Below are positions 42,303 to 53,634 of a stretch of DNA of 64,000 nt, piece by piece. How positions within the stretch are numbered: position 1 is the first letter of the stretch; each line of letters begins with the position of its first letter. The stretch is from Planctomycetota bacterium (GTDB lineage: Bacteria > Planctomycetota > GCA-002687715 > CAIWVZ01), in contig JBGANV010000001.1 of NCBI GenBank assembly GCA_044222185.1, positions 96,001 to 160,000 on the forward strand. The letters run 5' to 3'. The notes beneath the pieces were generated by a model that was not told the DNA's origin, did not search any database, and saw nothing but the letters and a program-made list of their open reading frames with translations. A program made the position numbers and the translations under genes.

Positions 42303-45300
42303 GCCGTTCCCGGAGGTTCCTGGGTTCATACTCGAAGCAGAAATCGGGCGTGGTACGTCGGCGCGCGTGTTCCGCGCGCGGCAGCAGGCGCTGGATCGGC
42401 CGGTCGCCCTCAAGGTGATCACGACTCTCGGCGACGAGGGAAAGAAGCGCGCGCTCCGACTCTTCCGCGAGGCACGCCTCGCTGGAGCGCTCGATCATCC
42501 AGGCATCGTTCGCGGCATCGACGCCGGAGACTCGGGCGAACTCTGCTGGTTTGCCATGGAACTCGTCGAGGGTCGCACGCTTCAGTCGATCCTCGACGAC
42601 CGCGGTCCGCTCCCGTGGCAGAAAGCCATCTCCATCGGACTGGAGCTACTGGATGCGCTCGGCCATGCGCACCGGCGCGGAATCATCCACCGTGATCTCA
42701 AACCGTCGAACATCCTCATCGGGACGGATGGCCACGCGCGACTCCTGGACCTGGGCCTGGCGCGGCGGGACGCGGAACCAAAACTGACGCACGAGGGCGC
42801 GACGGTCGGAACGCCGAAGTTCATGGCACCCGAGCAGGCGCGCCAGCCTACGGCGGTGGATGCGCGCGCGGACATCTTCTCCATGGGCGCCGTCCTCTAC
42901 CGAGCGATCGGGGGCGTCGCGCCCTTCGAGGGAGAGACCGTCGCGGCCGTGCTCACGCGCTTGTTTTATGACGACCCGATTCCGCTCACGGCGCTGCGAC
43001 CCGAGACGCCTCCCGCGGTCTCGCTCGTCGTCGGAAAGGCCCTGGAGAAGAAGCCGGAACATCGGTTCCCGGACGCGACCGCACTGTCCGTCGCCCTGAG
43101 GGAGGCGGCGCGGATGACCGAGCGCCCGGCGAGCCCGGCGAGGCGGATTGCTGCTGGCCTGGCGATCGTCGCTGCGGCTTGTGCATTGATCATCGTCGCC
43201 TGGATCCGCATGCACGAGCAGGAATCGCCGCAACCGCCGCCGCCGAGTCCCCGGCCCGAGTCGCGCGTGACCGTTCCCCTCGTCGCGGAGTTCATCCTCC
43301 CGAGACACCCCGAGCTCAGTCCCCTGGACCGCGCGCTCCGCGCCGCGGCCGCGGCCGAGCAGGCGACGCCGTCAGCCGCGCTCGACCACGACTTCGAAGC
43401 CGCCGTTGCGCCACTGCGCGCCGACTTGCGAAGTGCTGCCGCGGCGTTCGTCAGCAACATCCGGCGCGTTGCTCTGACGTCTGGCGTGGCCACTGCCCGT
43501 GACCACCTGCGGCAGATGCGCGATCGCATGGTGTCCGACCTCCAGCTCGATGACGGCGTCACGCTCCCCGTGTCGATCGCGCGGATCCTCGATGCGGTGG
43601 TGAAGGAATGCCAATCGCGCTTCGAGGCCGACCTGGAGAAGGAGCAGGCCGACGTGGCGTCGGACATCGAGACGGAGCTGCAGGAGCTTACGTCGAGGCC
43701 CGAGGCACATGGCTGGACCCTCCGCGAGCAGGATGCTCGGGTGAAGGCCGTGCTGGGGTCACGCGCCCTCTTGATCGATGGTCGCCGGCTCGACGCCGTG
43801 CTGGCGCGCCGCGATGCCGTGCTCAAGCGACTTGCAGAGATTCCAGCCGAGGCGGCGGAGCGCGGGCTCCAGCGCGCCAAGGGGCTGATCGACCAAGGGA
43901 AGTTCCGTGCCGCGCGCACGCTGCTCGAGTCGTTCACGTCGGCTGAGTCCGATGCCCTGGCGCCTGGTGCGAGCGTTCAGGCCGCGCAGATGCTCGCTGG
44001 AGTCGATGCTGCCGAGGCTCGTTGGACCGCGGCCCTCGATGCGCTCCCAGCGCTCCTCTTGCGGGGGAACGACGCGCGCCTCGATGCGGCGGCGCGCCGG
44101 CAGCGCCTCGAACGGCTCAGGGTGCAGACGACGGCGCTCTCGAGCGGCGCTGACGAGGTATCCGGCGGTGCCGAGCGCCTCGGGATCGTGCGGGAGCTTC
44201 TCGCGACCGCCGAGGCGGCCGCACGAGTTCGGGACGATCTCCTCGAACGACTCGGCGCGGCACCACCGCCAGCCGTAGGGCTTCCGATCCGATTGTGTTC
44301 GGGCGTGACGCTCGACGGTCGGATCGTCGTCGGGCGTGAAGGCAGCAAGGTCGCATTGCGCACCGCGGCGGAGAGGTCCAGGGAACTTCGCGACGTGGAG
44401 GACATCGCCCCCGTCGGACTGTCGGCGATTCTCGCGTTGTATGGGCACGAGCCGGCGCCCATGCCGCTCGCCCTCCTCGAGCATTGGGATCGCCTCGACG
44501 ACCATGCGCTGGCACGCCTCCAGAAGTTGCCCCCGTCGGCGACGCGGGATTGGCTCCTCGATGCCGTCGAGGCGTCGATGCAAGCGCACCTCGCCAGCTT
44601 CGAAACGGAAGAAGAGCGAAACGCCTACCGGTTGCTTCTCCAGGCCAACCGTCGCGCCGGCGAGGGCGCGCACGCCAAGGTGCGCGAGATCGGCCAGTCG
44701 ATCCTCTCGAACCCCAAGCTCACCGGCTCGGCGTTCATGCTCAGGCACCGGGCGGAGCTCGAGAAACTCGTCCAGCACGCGGCCAAGGAAGAAGCTCGGA
44801 GCGCGAGGCTGCGCCCATTCGGAAAGGCGGCGGAGATCCGGGATCGCAAGCGCGGCGTCGTCCGCCTCTCGTGGACGTTCGGCGTTGGTCAACCGGCGGA
44901 CGGGCTCCTTCGGCCGGCGGGAAGCATGCTCACGGCTGCGGGGCTCGTGTGGCCGGGCAAGCGCGCCGATCCTGCGTCGTTGCCGGAGGTCGCGCCAGCC
45001 TTGCAACTCAGTTTGCCGCCGGGCGTCGCGAACTACCCGTTCACCCTCACCGCCGACGTCGTTCGCGATCGCGAGCAGCCGCTGCAATTCACGGCGATCT
45101 CCTACGGCGACCTGGCCTTCCTGTGTATCGGCCAGCTCCGCGACGTGGGCGCATTCGGGGGCGTGCGGTTGCACGGACTCGAGCGCGATCTCCTCCAAAC
45201 ACACGACGTCGATCTGGCGCTGTTCGCCGCTGCCTCGGTCGCCGAGGTGCGCCAGAGGATCCGGCCGCCGACGGGCAGGCCGATCAATGCGCTCGTTCGC

Positions 45301-45492
45301 GGCGAGACCGCGCGCTTGACGCTCTCGACCGTCGGAGATCCATTTGCCGCCGTCGACGAGCAACGGTTCCCACTCTTCGGAGATCGGCGGCCCGTCAACG
45401 GCGCTACGTCCGTCGAGATCCGGCTGCCACCGGGGGCGGCATTGCGATCCCTGACCATCGAACTTCCGTTGATCCCGTCGGACGACGAATGA
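42283..45492 (+). CDS. Membrane-anchored Ser/Thr kinase with about 750-aa C-terminal region
   Basis: VALK, HRDLKPSN, DLG, FMAPE; TM IAAGLAIVAAACALIIVAWI. Confidence 0.9.
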   Translation: MSTPGTEPFPEVPGFILEAEIGRGTSARVFRARQQALDRPVALKVITTLGDEGKKRALRLFREARLAGALDHPGIVRGIDAGDSGELCWFAMELVEGRTLQSILDDRGPLPWQKAISIGLELLDALGHAHRRGIIHRDLKPSNILIGTDGHARLLDLGLARRDAEPKLTHEGATVGTPKFMAPEQARQPTAVDARADIFSMGAVLYRAIGGVAPFEGETVAAVLTRLFYDDPIPLTALRPETPPAVSLVVGKALEKKPEHRFPDATALSVALREAARMTERPASPARRIAAGLAIVAAACALIIVAWIRMHEQESPQPPPPSPRPESRVTVPLVAEFILPRHPELSPLDRALRAAAAAEQATPSAALDHDFEAAVAPLRADLRSAAAAFVSNIRRVALTSGVATARDHLRQMRDRMVSDLQLDDGVTLPVSIARILDAVVKECQSRFEADLEKEQADVASDIETELQELTSRPEAHGWTLREQDARVKAVLGSRALLIDGRRLDAVLARRDAVLKRLAEIPAEAAERGLQRAKGLIDQGKFRAARTLLESFTSAESDALAPGASVQAAQMLAGVDAAEARWTAALDALPALLLRGNDARLDAAARRQRLERLRVQTTALSSGADEVSGGAERLGIVRELLATAEAAARVRDDLLERLGAAPPPAVGLPIRLCSGVTLDGRIVVGREGSKVALRTAAERSRELRDVEDIAPVGLSAILALYGHEPAPMPLALLEHWDRLDDHALARLQKLPPSATRDWLLDAVEASMQAHLASFETEEERNAYRLLLQANRRAGEGAHAKVREIGQSILSNPKLTGSAFMLRHRAELEKLVQHAAKEEARSARLRPFGKAAEIRDRKRGVVRLSWTFGVGQPADGLLRPAGSMLTAAGLVWPGKRADPASLPEVAPALQLSLPPGVANYPFTLTADVVRDREQPLQFTAISYGDLAFLCIGQLRDVGAFGGVRLHGLERDLLQTHDVDLALFAAASVAEVRQRIRPPTGRPINALVRGETARLTLSTVGDPFAAVDEQRFPLFGDRRPVNGATSVEIRLPPGAALRSLTIELPLIPSDDE

Positions 45493-45887
45493 CCGCGCGC
45501 GACGTCCATCTCATCGGTTCGTCGGGCATGTTCGAGGGCGTCAGGGCCGTCCTGCGGCCTGGCGATCGCGTCGTGGTCGGTCGAAGCCGCCACGTGGAGC
45601 TGAGCGCCGTCCGCACTCCTCTCGCGTTGCGTGTGGGCCGTGAGAAACTCGAGCGCAACTCCTCATTCCGCCGGTTGTCGCGCCGCCACATCGAACTCGA
45701 TTTTGCCGACGGCGAGAATCTCGTGCTGAAGAACCTGTCGAAGAACGGGTTCATGCTCGATGGAAATCGCGTGACCACGGCCGTGCTCTCGCTGGATGCG
45801 ATGGAGGCCGGACCCCATGTCGTTCGGTTCGGGACCAACGAGGAGATCCGGATCGAACTGGGTGTCGCGGACGGAGGGGGTTCGTGA
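45489..45887 (+). CDS. Stand-alone FHA domain protein
   Basis: VVGRS...LSRRH...SKNG; ATGA overlap with kinase stop. Confidence 0.85.
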   Translation: MTARDVHLIGSSGMFEGVRAVLRPGDRVVVGRSRHVELSAVRTPLALRVGREKLERNSSFRRLSRRHIELDFADGENLVLKNLSKNGFMLDGNRVTTAVLSLDAMEAGPHVVRFGTNEEIRIELGVADGGGS

Positions 45888-46049
45888 GCTGAGGGGGCGC
45901 CCCGCGGGACCCACGCGCGTCGCTGCGGACCTGTCGGCCCGGCCTCGATCGGACCTTCCAAGGTGAGGGGGCCGCGCAGGTTCAAGAGGCCGGCCGGGTC
46001 GACGCCGGACCCCCGGGGTCGCCCGTCTCCGACGCGAACCTGACCTGGA

Positions 46050-46077
46050 TTTACATCCCGGTGCGGCTCCCTATAAT
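46050..46077 (+). promoter_or_regulatory. sigma70 promoter of uvrA operon
   Basis: TTTACA, 16-bp spacer, TATAAT, about 65 nt before GTG. Confidence 0.65.
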
Positions 46078-46142
46078 CCCCGAATTCGTCGCGGCAGGTC
46101 CACTGTCGGAGCGGTTGCCAGCGGCGCGTCGATGGGAGCGAA

Positions 46143-49100
46143 GTGAGCCAGGTTCAACGCGAGATCGTCGTCCGCGGAGCGCGCGAGCACAATCTGAAAG
46201 GCGTCGATCTGCGGCTGCCTCGGGGTGCCCTGGTCACGATGACGGGCGTGTCCGGGTCGGGAAAATCGTCGCTCGCCTTCGACACGATCTTCCAGGAGGG
46301 GCAGCGGCGGTTCGTCGAGTCGCTCTCCTCCTACGCGCGGCAATTCCTCGGCCAGACCGAAAAACCCAAGGTCGAGCACATCGAGGGGCTGTCGCCCACG
46401 ATCTCCATCGACCAGAAAACGGTGAATCGCAGCCCGCGGTCGACCGTCGGGACGGTGACCGAGCTCTACGATCACCTCCGGCTCCTGTTCGCCCGCCTCG
46501 GAACGCCCCATTGCCCCAGCTGCGGCAAGCGCGTCGCGGCGCAGACCTCCGACCAGATCATCGACCGGATCCTCTCTGCCTACACCGGGCGCGCTCTTCT
46601 GTTCCTTGCCCCTCTGATCCGCGACCGCAAGGGGGAGTACCGCAAGGAACTGGAGGAGCTGCGGATGAAGGGCTACGTCCGCGCCCGGATCGACGGCGAG
46701 GTCCGGCGCCTGGACGAGCCCATCGAACTCGCGCGCTACGAGAGACACACGATCGAGGTCGTCCTCGACCGGCTTCGGATCGAGCCCGAAAAGCGGTCGC
46801 GGGTCGCCGAGTCGATCGAGCAGGGACTGAAGTTGGGCAAGGGGCTCGTCTCCGTCCTCGACGGCGACGCGATCGAGACGTTCTCGACCTCGTTCTCATG
46901 CCCCGACTGCAACGTGAGCCTGCCGGAGATGGAGCCGCGCACGTTCTCGTTCAACAGCCCGCACGGTGCGTGCGAGGCCTGTGACGGGCTCGGCGTCACG
47001 GCCGACGTCGATCCGGGGTTGGTGATCCCGGACCCCAAGCTGACGATCGACGAAGGCGCGATCGCACCCATGCGAGGCCAGTCGTGGACTCTGAGACATC
47101 ACTTTCGCGAGGAGGTGATGCGGCAGGTCTGCACGCACTTCGGAATTCCGCGGAACGTGCCCTGGAAGGCGTTGCCGGCACGCGCCCGAAAAATCCTGCT
47201 CGACGGGAACGCGGACGAGGAGATCACGATCTCGCGTCGCTACGAAGGCGAACGGCTGAAGGTCCGAAGTACCGAGCGGACGGCGTGGAAGGGAGTCTTG
47301 ACGATCCTCCGCGAGGTGCATGGGCGCCTGAAAGGGAAGTCGACGGAGGCGTTCATGTCGCCGGGATCCTGCCGCGCTTGCGGCGGGACCCGGCTGAAGC
47401 CGGCCGCGCTCTCCGTTCGCTTCCACGAGAAGAACATCGGGGACCTAAGCCGGTGGACCGTCGTCGAGATCCACTCGTTCTTGAAGGCCACGACCTTCGA
47501 GGGATCGCAGGCGACGATCGGCGATCCGATCAAGCGCGAGCTCATCACGCGCCTGAAGTTCCTCCTGGACGTCGGGCTTGGCTACCTCACCCTCGACCGG
47601 AACGTTTCCTCGCTCTCGGGCGGAGAGTCGCAGCGCATCCGCCTCGCGACCCAGGTGGGTTCAGGCCTGCGCGGGATCCTCTACGTCCTCGACGAGCCGT
47701 CGATCGGCCTTCATCAGCGCGACAACCGCCGCTTGATCCAAACCCTCGAGCGTCTGCGCGACGTCGGCAATACGGTGATAGTCGTCGAACATGACCGCGA
47801 GACGATGGAGGCCTCCGACTGGCTCGTGGACGTCGGGCCCGGTGCCGGGCGCGCGGGCGGCGAGATCGTCGCGACGGGACTCATCCCCGATCTCGTGCGT
47901 GAGTCGCGTTCGATCACCGGCGCGTTTCTCGATGGTCGCGAACGGATCGACCCGCCGGCACGACGTCGCACCGGGAACGGCAAGGCGATCGGCGTCCGCG
48001 GCGCTCGCGCCCACAACCTCAAGAACGTCGACGTGGACCTGCCCCTCGGTACGTTCATCGCCGTGACCGGAGTCTCGGGGTCCGGCAAGAGCACGCTGAT
48101 CAACGACATCCTCAAGTGCGCCCTCGCGCGGGAACTCCACAACGCCGAGACGAGGCCGGCCGAGCACGACTCCATCGTAGGCATCGAGCACCTCGACAAG
48201 GTGATCGAGATCGACCAGTCTCCCATCGGGCGGACGCCGCGCAGCAACCCTGCGACATACACCAAGCTCTTCGACGAGGTCAGGGCCCTGTTCGCCTCCC
48301 TGCCGGAGTCGAAGACTCGCGGCTACGAGCCCGGCCGCTTCTCCTTCAACGTGAAGGGCGGCCGGTGTGAGGCCTGCGGCGGCGCGGGTGTGAAGCTCAT
48401 CGAGATGCAATTCCTCGCCGACGTCGAGGTGCCGTGTGACGTTTGCGAGGGGCGCCGCTTCAACCCGGAAACGCTCGAGATCCGCTATCGGGGGAAGTCG
48501 ATCACCGACATCCTCGCGATGACCGTAGGGGAGGCGCTCGACTTCTTCGCGAGTCACCCGTCGATCAAGCGAAGTCTCGCGACGCTCGAGCGCGTCGGGC
48601 TCGGGTACGTTCAGCTCGGGCAGCCTTCGACCACGTTGTCCGGCGGTGAAGCGCAACGCGTGAAGTTGGCAACGCAGCTTCAGCGACCGCCGACAGGCCG
48701 CACGCTCTACATCCTCGATGAGCCGACGACGGGGCTCCATTTCCTCGACGTTCGCCGCCTCGTGGAGGCCTTGCAAGCACTCGTGGACGCGGGCAACACG
48801 GTCCTCGTCATCGAGCACAACCTGGACGTCGTTCGTTGTGCCGATTGGATCCTGGATCTTGGTCCGGACGGCGGCGCGGGCGGTGGGCAGATCGTGTTCA
48901 ACGGCAGCTATGCGGCGATCCTCGAGAACACCGAGTCAGCGACCGCCGACATGCTCCGCGAGATCGAGAACCCGGCGCCGCACGCGGCGCGACCGCGGCG
49001 TCCCGTCGTCGACCACGCGCTCGACGGCGACGTCGTTTTGCGGGGCGCACGCCTCCACAACCTGAAGAACGTCGATGCACGCTTCCCTGCGGGACGCATG

Positions 49101-51941
49101 ACCGTCGTCACCGGGCCGTCCGGGTCGGGGAAGACCAGCCTCGTCTTCCACACGCTTTTCGCGGAGGGGCAGCGGCGATTCGTCGAGTGCTTGTCGACCT
49201 ACGCACGGCAGTTCCTCGGCAGGCTCGAACGACCGCCCCTCGATTCTTTGGAGGGACTCGCACCGTCGATCGCCATCGACCAGAAGAACGCGAGCCGCAA
49301 TCCGAGATCGACGGTGTCGACGACGACCGAGATCCACGACTACTTGCGCTTGCTCTATGCTCGCGTCGGAATCCCTCACTGCCCGACGTGCGGGAAGGAA
49401 GCCCGTGCGTATCCGCCCGACATGGTCGTGCGCGCGCTCCTGGAACGCCACGCGGATGCCAAGGGGCGCCTCGTCGCTCCGCTGTGGCTGAAGGGCTTCC
49501 CAAAGCCCCTCCGCTTCAAGAAGCCCACCGACCTCAAGGTCCTTCGAGAGGAGCTCATGCAGGAGGGCTGCGTCCGCGTCCTGATCGACGGGGAAGAGAA
49601 GCGGCTCGACGAGAACCCGACGGTGACGGCGCGGACGAAGGAAGTCCTGCTCGTGCTGGATCGTGTCCAGATCTCAGCGCGATCGAGGACCCGCCTCCTG
49701 GATTCCGTCCAGCAGGCGTACTCGGCCGCCCGAGGGGTTCTGGCATTCCAGCCCGTGGATGGTGAGCGCGAGTGGTTCGGCGAGCACCCGTCCTGCGTGG
49801 GCTGCGGGTTCTTCTTGGACGAAGAGCTCACTCCGAGGATGTTCTCGTTCAACAGCCACGTCGGAGCGTGCGACAACTGCCACGGCCTGGGGTCGGAGCT
49901 GAAGTGTGACGTCGACCGTCTGGTGACGCGGCCCGAACTGCCGCTGTTCGAAGGCGCCATGATCGACAAGCCGGGCGACTTTCTCAGTCGTGCGGACGGC
50001 TACTTCCGCGGAGTCGTCGAGCAATTGGCCGACCATCTCGGTTTCAACGTGAACAAGCCCTTCGGTTCGCTCACGGCGAAGGCGCGACGCGTACTCATGT
50101 TCGGGTTCGACGAGAAGCTCGACGTGACGTTCGAGACCAGCGGCGCGCGCAAGAAGTCGACGTACGCCATGAGCGTGGCGTGGAAGGGTTTCGCGAGATA
50201 CATCGAGGAGTGGTATCGGACGTCCGACAACGACGAATGGGTGGAGATCCTCGGCCGGGTCATGCGTGCGGACACCTGCCCCGCATGCCAGGGTGAACGC
50301 CTGAAACCGGCGTTCCGCGCGGTGAAACTCGGCGGAGTGACGCTCGCAGAGGTGGGGCGGATGACCGTCGCCGGTGCGCGAGCGTTCTTCGACGGACTGC
50401 GGTTCGGGGACTCGGCGGCGCAGATCGCGGATCAGCCCGTGAAGGAGGCTCGCAACCGTCTCCGCTTCCTCGACGACGTGGGCCTGGGCTACCTCGAACT
50501 GGGGCGGTCTGCGGGCACGTTGTCGGGTGGCGAGGCGCAGCGCATTCGACTTGCGACGCAGATCGGCAATCGGCTGACAGGCGTCATCTACGTCCTGGAT
50601 GAGCCTACGATCGGACTTCACCAGCGCGACAACGAGCGGCTCCTGGGTACGCTGCGGGAACTGCGAGACCTCGGCAACACGATCGTGGTCGTCGAGCACG
50701 ACCGCGAGACGATCGAAGTCGCGGACTGGGTCTTGGACCTCGGGCCAGGCGCCGGGCGCCACGGCGGGGAGGTCGTCTACGCGGGCGAGCCGGCCGCACT
50801 CGCTGAGAAGGGCGAGTCGTTGACCGCTCGATATCTGCGCCGCGACCTGTCCGTGCCGACGCCGCCAGCCCGCCGGGCCGGATCGGGCAAGGAGTTGATC
50901 CTCCGGGACGTGACCGTCAACAACCTGAAGTCGGTCGACGTGTCGATCCCCGCGGCGCGGCTCGTGGCCGTGACGGGGGTTTCCGGGTCCGGAAAATCCA
51001 GCCTCGTGATGGATACGTTGGCGCCGGCCATGGCCCTCGCCACGGCGCGGCGGCGTGTCAAGGTGCAAGGGCTGGGCAGGCTCGAGGGGGCCGAGGCGTT
51101 CGACGAGTGCATCATCGTCGACCAGGCGCCCATCGGCACCTCGCCCAAGTCGAATCCTGCGTCCTACACGAAGATCTTCGACGAGATCCGGGAGATCTAC
51201 TCGACGATGCCCCTCGCGCAGCAGCGCGGCTACACCCCAGGCCGGTTCTCCTACAACACCGGTCCCGGGCGCTGCGGAACCTGCGATGGCCGCGGAAGCC
51301 TGAAGATCGAGATGCACTTCCTGCCGGACGTCTGGATCACCTGCGAGGCGTGCCGGGGCCGCCGGTACAACCCTGAAACGCTCGCCGTCGAGTACAAGGG
51401 GAAGTCGATCGCGGACGTCCTCGACATGGAGGTGAAGGAGGCCCGCGCGTTTTTTGCCAATCACAGGAGGATTGCAGGACCGCTCCAGTTGCTCGAAGAT
51501 GTGGGGCTCGGCTATCTGGAACTCGGCAGACCGGCGACGACCCTTTCAGGCGGCGAAGCCCAACGAATCAAGCTCGCAAGGGAGCTGGCGCGACGGTCAC
51601 ATGGGCGTACGCTCTACTTGTTGGATGAACCGACGACCGGCCTCCATTTCGATGATGTCGCGAAGCTCGTTGGAGTGCTTCAGCGACTCGTGGATGCCGG
51701 AAACTCGGTCGTGCTGATCGAGCACAACTTGGACGTCATCAAAGCGAGCGATTGGGTGATCGACCTGGGCCCCGAGGGGGGAACGGGTGGCGGCGAGGTC
51801 GTCTCCGTCGGGACTCCCGAAGACGTGGCGGCGGAGCCGCGATCTCATACGGGGCGCTTCCTGGCGAAAGAGCTGGGCCTCGTGGCCCCGGCAGGCGTGA
51901 AGCCCCCGACACCGAGAGAGCGGCATGAAGCTGCCAACTGA
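46143..51941 (+). CDS. uvrA: Excinuclease ABC subunit A, tandem double-length form (1932 aa)
   Basis: Two consecutive UvrA units; four Walker A ([32 protein letters not shown]), four LSGGE signatures, LDEP, CxxC zinc fingers. Confidence 0.97.
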   Translation: MSQVQREIVVRGAREHNLKGVDLRLPRGALVTMTGVSGSGKSSLAFDTIFQEGQRRFVESLSSYARQFLGQTEKPKVEHIEGLSPTISIDQKTVNRSPRSTVGTVTELYDHLRLLFARLGTPHCPSCGKRVAAQTSDQIIDRILSAYTGRALLFLAPLIRDRKGEYRKELEELRMKGYVRARIDGEVRRLDEPIELARYERHTIEVVLDRLRIEPEKRSRVAESIEQGLKLGKGLVSVLDGDAIETFSTSFSCPDCNVSLPEMEPRTFSFNSPHGACEACDGLGVTADVDPGLVIPDPKLTIDEGAIAPMRGQSWTLRHHFREEVMRQVCTHFGIPRNVPWKALPARARKILLDGNADEEITISRRYEGERLKVRSTERTAWKGVLTILREVHGRLKGKSTEAFMSPGSCRACGGTRLKPAALSVRFHEKNIGDLSRWTVVEIHSFLKATTFEGSQATIGDPIKRELITRLKFLLDVGLGYLTLDRNVSSLSGGESQRIRLATQVGSGLRGILYVLDEPSIGLHQRDNRRLIQTLERLRDVGNTVIVVEHDRETMEASDWLVDVGPGAGRAGGEIVATGLIPDLVRESRSITGAFLDGRERIDPPARRRTGNGKAIGVRGARAHNLKNVDVDLPLGTFIAVTGVSGSGKSTLINDILKCALARELHNAETRPAEHDSIVGIEHLDKVIEIDQSPIGRTPRSNPATYTKLFDEVRALFASLPESKTRGYEPGRFSFNVKGGRCEACGGAGVKLIEMQFLADVEVPCDVCEGRRFNPETLEIRYRGKSITDILAMTVGEALDFFASHPSIKRSLATLERVGLGYVQLGQPSTTLSGGEAQRVKLATQLQRPPTGRTLYILDEPTTGLHFLDVRRLVEALQALVDAGNTVLVIEHNLDVVRCADWILDLGPDGGAGGGQIVFNGSYAAILENTESATADMLREIENPAPHAARPRRPVVDHALDGDVVLRGARLHNLKNVDARFPAGRMTVVTGPSGSGKTSLVFHTLFAEGQRRFVECLSTYARQFLGRLERPPLDSLEGLAPSIAIDQKNASRNPRSTVSTTTEIHDYLRLLYARVGIPHCPTCGKEARAYPPDMVVRALLERHADAKGRLVAPLWLKGFPKPLRFKKPTDLKVLREELMQEGCVRVLIDGEEKRLDENPTVTARTKEVLLVLDRVQISARSRTRLLDSVQQAYSAARGVLAFQPVDGEREWFGEHPSCVGCGFFLDEELTPRMFSFNSHVGACDNCHGLGSELKCDVDRLVTRPELPLFEGAMIDKPGDFLSRADGYFRGVVEQLADHLGFNVNKPFGSLTAKARRVLMFGFDEKLDVTFETSGARKKSTYAMSVAWKGFARYIEEWYRTSDNDEWVEILGRVMRADTCPACQGERLKPAFRAVKLGGVTLAEVGRMTVAGARAFFDGLRFGDSAAQIADQPVKEARNRLRFLDDVGLGYLELGRSAGTLSGGEAQRIRLATQIGNRLTGVIYVLDEPTIGLHQRDNERLLGTLRELRDLGNTIVVVEHDRETIEVADWVLDLGPGAGRHGGEVVYAGEPAALAEKGESLTARYLRRDLSVPTPPARRAGSGKELILRDVTVNNLKSVDVSIPAARLVAVTGVSGSGKSSLVMDTLAPAMALATARRRVKVQGLGRLEGAEAFDECIIVDQAPIGTSPKSNPASYTKIFDEIREIYSTMPLAQQRGYTPGRFSYNTGPGRCGTCDGRGSLKIEMHFLPDVWITCEACRGRRYNPETLAVEYKGKSIADVLDMEVKEARAFFANHRRIAGPLQLLEDVGLGYLELGRPATTLSGGEAQRIKLARELARRSHGRTLYLLDEPTTGLHFDDVAKLVGVLQRLVDAGNSVVLIEHNLDVIKASDWVIDLGPEGGTGGGEVVSVGTPEDVAAEPRSHTGRFLAKELGLVAPAGVKPPTPRERHEAAN

Positions 51942-53634
51942 GCGCATCGGTCCGCCGCCGCTGATCGTCCAACGCGATCGCACGGTCCTGCTCGACCTGC
52001 ATGCGCCCGGTGCCGAGGAGTGTCGGACACACCTGTCGCGCTTCGCGGAGCTGGTCAAGAGCCCGGACCACCTCCACACGTATCGCCTTTCACCGCTGTC
52101 GCTGTGGAACGCCGCGGGGATCGACGCCGCCGAGATCACGGCGTTCCTCGACGCGCATAGCCTCGTGAGGACGCCGAAGGAAGTGAGGGCTTTCGTCGAG
52201 GACGTTCTCTCGCGGACGGGACGTGTGCGTCTCGTCCGCCGGGAGCGGGCGCTCGTTCTGGATGTAGATGCCGACCTCCGCGACACCATCGTTGCACTTC
52301 CCGGCGTCGACAAGCACACGCAGGTCCTGGAAGACGGGACCATCCTCGTCGCTCCCGCGAGCCGCGGTGAGATCAAACAAGCGCTCGTGAAAGCCGGGTA
52401 TCCCGTCGACGACCTCGCGGGCTACGTCGCCGGTGACGGTCTGACGCTTTCGATTCGTCCGGAGACCCGGGGCGGGCTCGCGTTCTCCGTGCGCGACTAC
52501 CAGGAGTCGGCCGCGCAGGTCTTCTACCAGCGCGGAACGGAGCGCGGCGGGGCCGGCGTGATCGTCCTTCCATGCGGGGCCGGCAAGACCCTCGTCGGCA
52601 TACGGGTGATCGACCTCTACCAGACGCAGACGCTCGTGCTGACGACGAATCGAAGCGCCGTCGCCCAGTGGATTCGCGAACTCCTCGATCGAACCACGCT
52701 GACCGCCGACCAGGTGGGAGAGTACACGGGAGAGGTGAAGGAAATCCGCCCGATCACCGTGTCGACGTACCAGATCCTCACGTACCGCAAGTCGGCAACG
52801 GACCCCTTCACGCACTTCGACCTGTTCCATCGCAACAACTGGGGCCTCATCGTCTACGACGAAGTGCACCTGCTCCCCGCGCCCGTGTTTCGAGTGACGG
52901 CGGAGTTGCAGGCCCGGCGTCGGCTCGGACTGACAGCCACGCTGGTTCGGGAGGACGGCAAGGAAGCGGACGTCTTCAGCCTCGTCGGCCCGTGCCGCTT
53001 CGATCTGCCCTGGCGAACCCTCGAGAAGGGCGGCCACATCGCCGAGGCGCACTGCGTCGAAGTACGCGTGCCACTCGCCGACGAATTGAAGGACCGCTAC
53101 GAGCTCGCCGACAAGAAGGAGCGATTCCGACTGGCCTCTGAGAACGAGTTGAAATTCTCGGTCGTTCGGGCCTTGCTGGATCGGCATCGCGAGGACCGTG
53201 TGTTGGTCATTGGTCAGTTCCTGCGTCAGCTCGCGTTGCTTCGGCGGCTCATCGAAGCGCCGTTGATCACGAGCAAGACGCCACATCCGGAGCGGGAGCG
53301 GCTGTATCAGGAGTTTCGAAAAGGGACGGTCCCGGTCCTGATCGTTTCCAAGGTCGCCAACTTCGCGATCGATCTCCCGGACGCGAATGTCGCAATCCAG
53401 ATCAGCGGAACGTTCGGCTCTCGCCAGGAAGAGGCGCAGCGCCTCGGGCGCGTTCTCCGCAAGAAGCAGAACGGAGCCCACGCGCTCTTCTATTCCGTCG
53501 TGACGGCCGAATCGCGCGACCAGGACTTCTCGGCCCATCGCCAACTGTTCCTGGCCGAGCAAGGCTACCCATACAAGATCGTGTCCTTCCGCGAAGTCGT
53601 GGGTGTGGACCAGGTTCAGGAGGTCGTTCGGTGA
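51925..53634 (+). CDS. Bacterial XPB/Ssl2-like SF2 DNA helicase
   Basis: N-terminal PLIVQ.D...FAEL.KSP.H.HTYR; LPCGAGKT, DEVH, GLTATLVRED (RED motif), QRLGRVLR. Confidence 0.93.
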   Translation: MKLPTERIGPPPLIVQRDRTVLLDLHAPGAEECRTHLSRFAELVKSPDHLHTYRLSPLSLWNAAGIDAAEITAFLDAHSLVRTPKEVRAFVEDVLSRTGRVRLVRRERALVLDVDADLRDTIVALPGVDKHTQVLEDGTILVAPASRGEIKQALVKAGYPVDDLAGYVAGDGLTLSIRPETRGGLAFSVRDYQESAAQVFYQRGTERGGAGVIVLPCGAGKTLVGIRVIDLYQTQTLVLTTNRSAVAQWIRELLDRTTLTADQVGEYTGEVKEIRPITVSTYQILTYRKSATDPFTHFDLFHRNNWGLIVYDEVHLLPAPVFRVTAELQARRRLGLTATLVREDGKEADVFSLVGPCRFDLPWRTLEKGGHIAEAHCVEVRVPLADELKDRYELADKKERFRLASENELKFSVVRALLDRHREDRVLVIGQFLRQLALLRRLIEAPLITSKTPHPERERLYQEFRKGTVPVLIVSKVANFAIDLPDANVAIQISGTFGSRQEEAQRLGRVLRKKQNGAHALFYSVVTAESRDQDFSAHRQLFLAEQGYPYKIVSFREVVGVDQVQEVVR

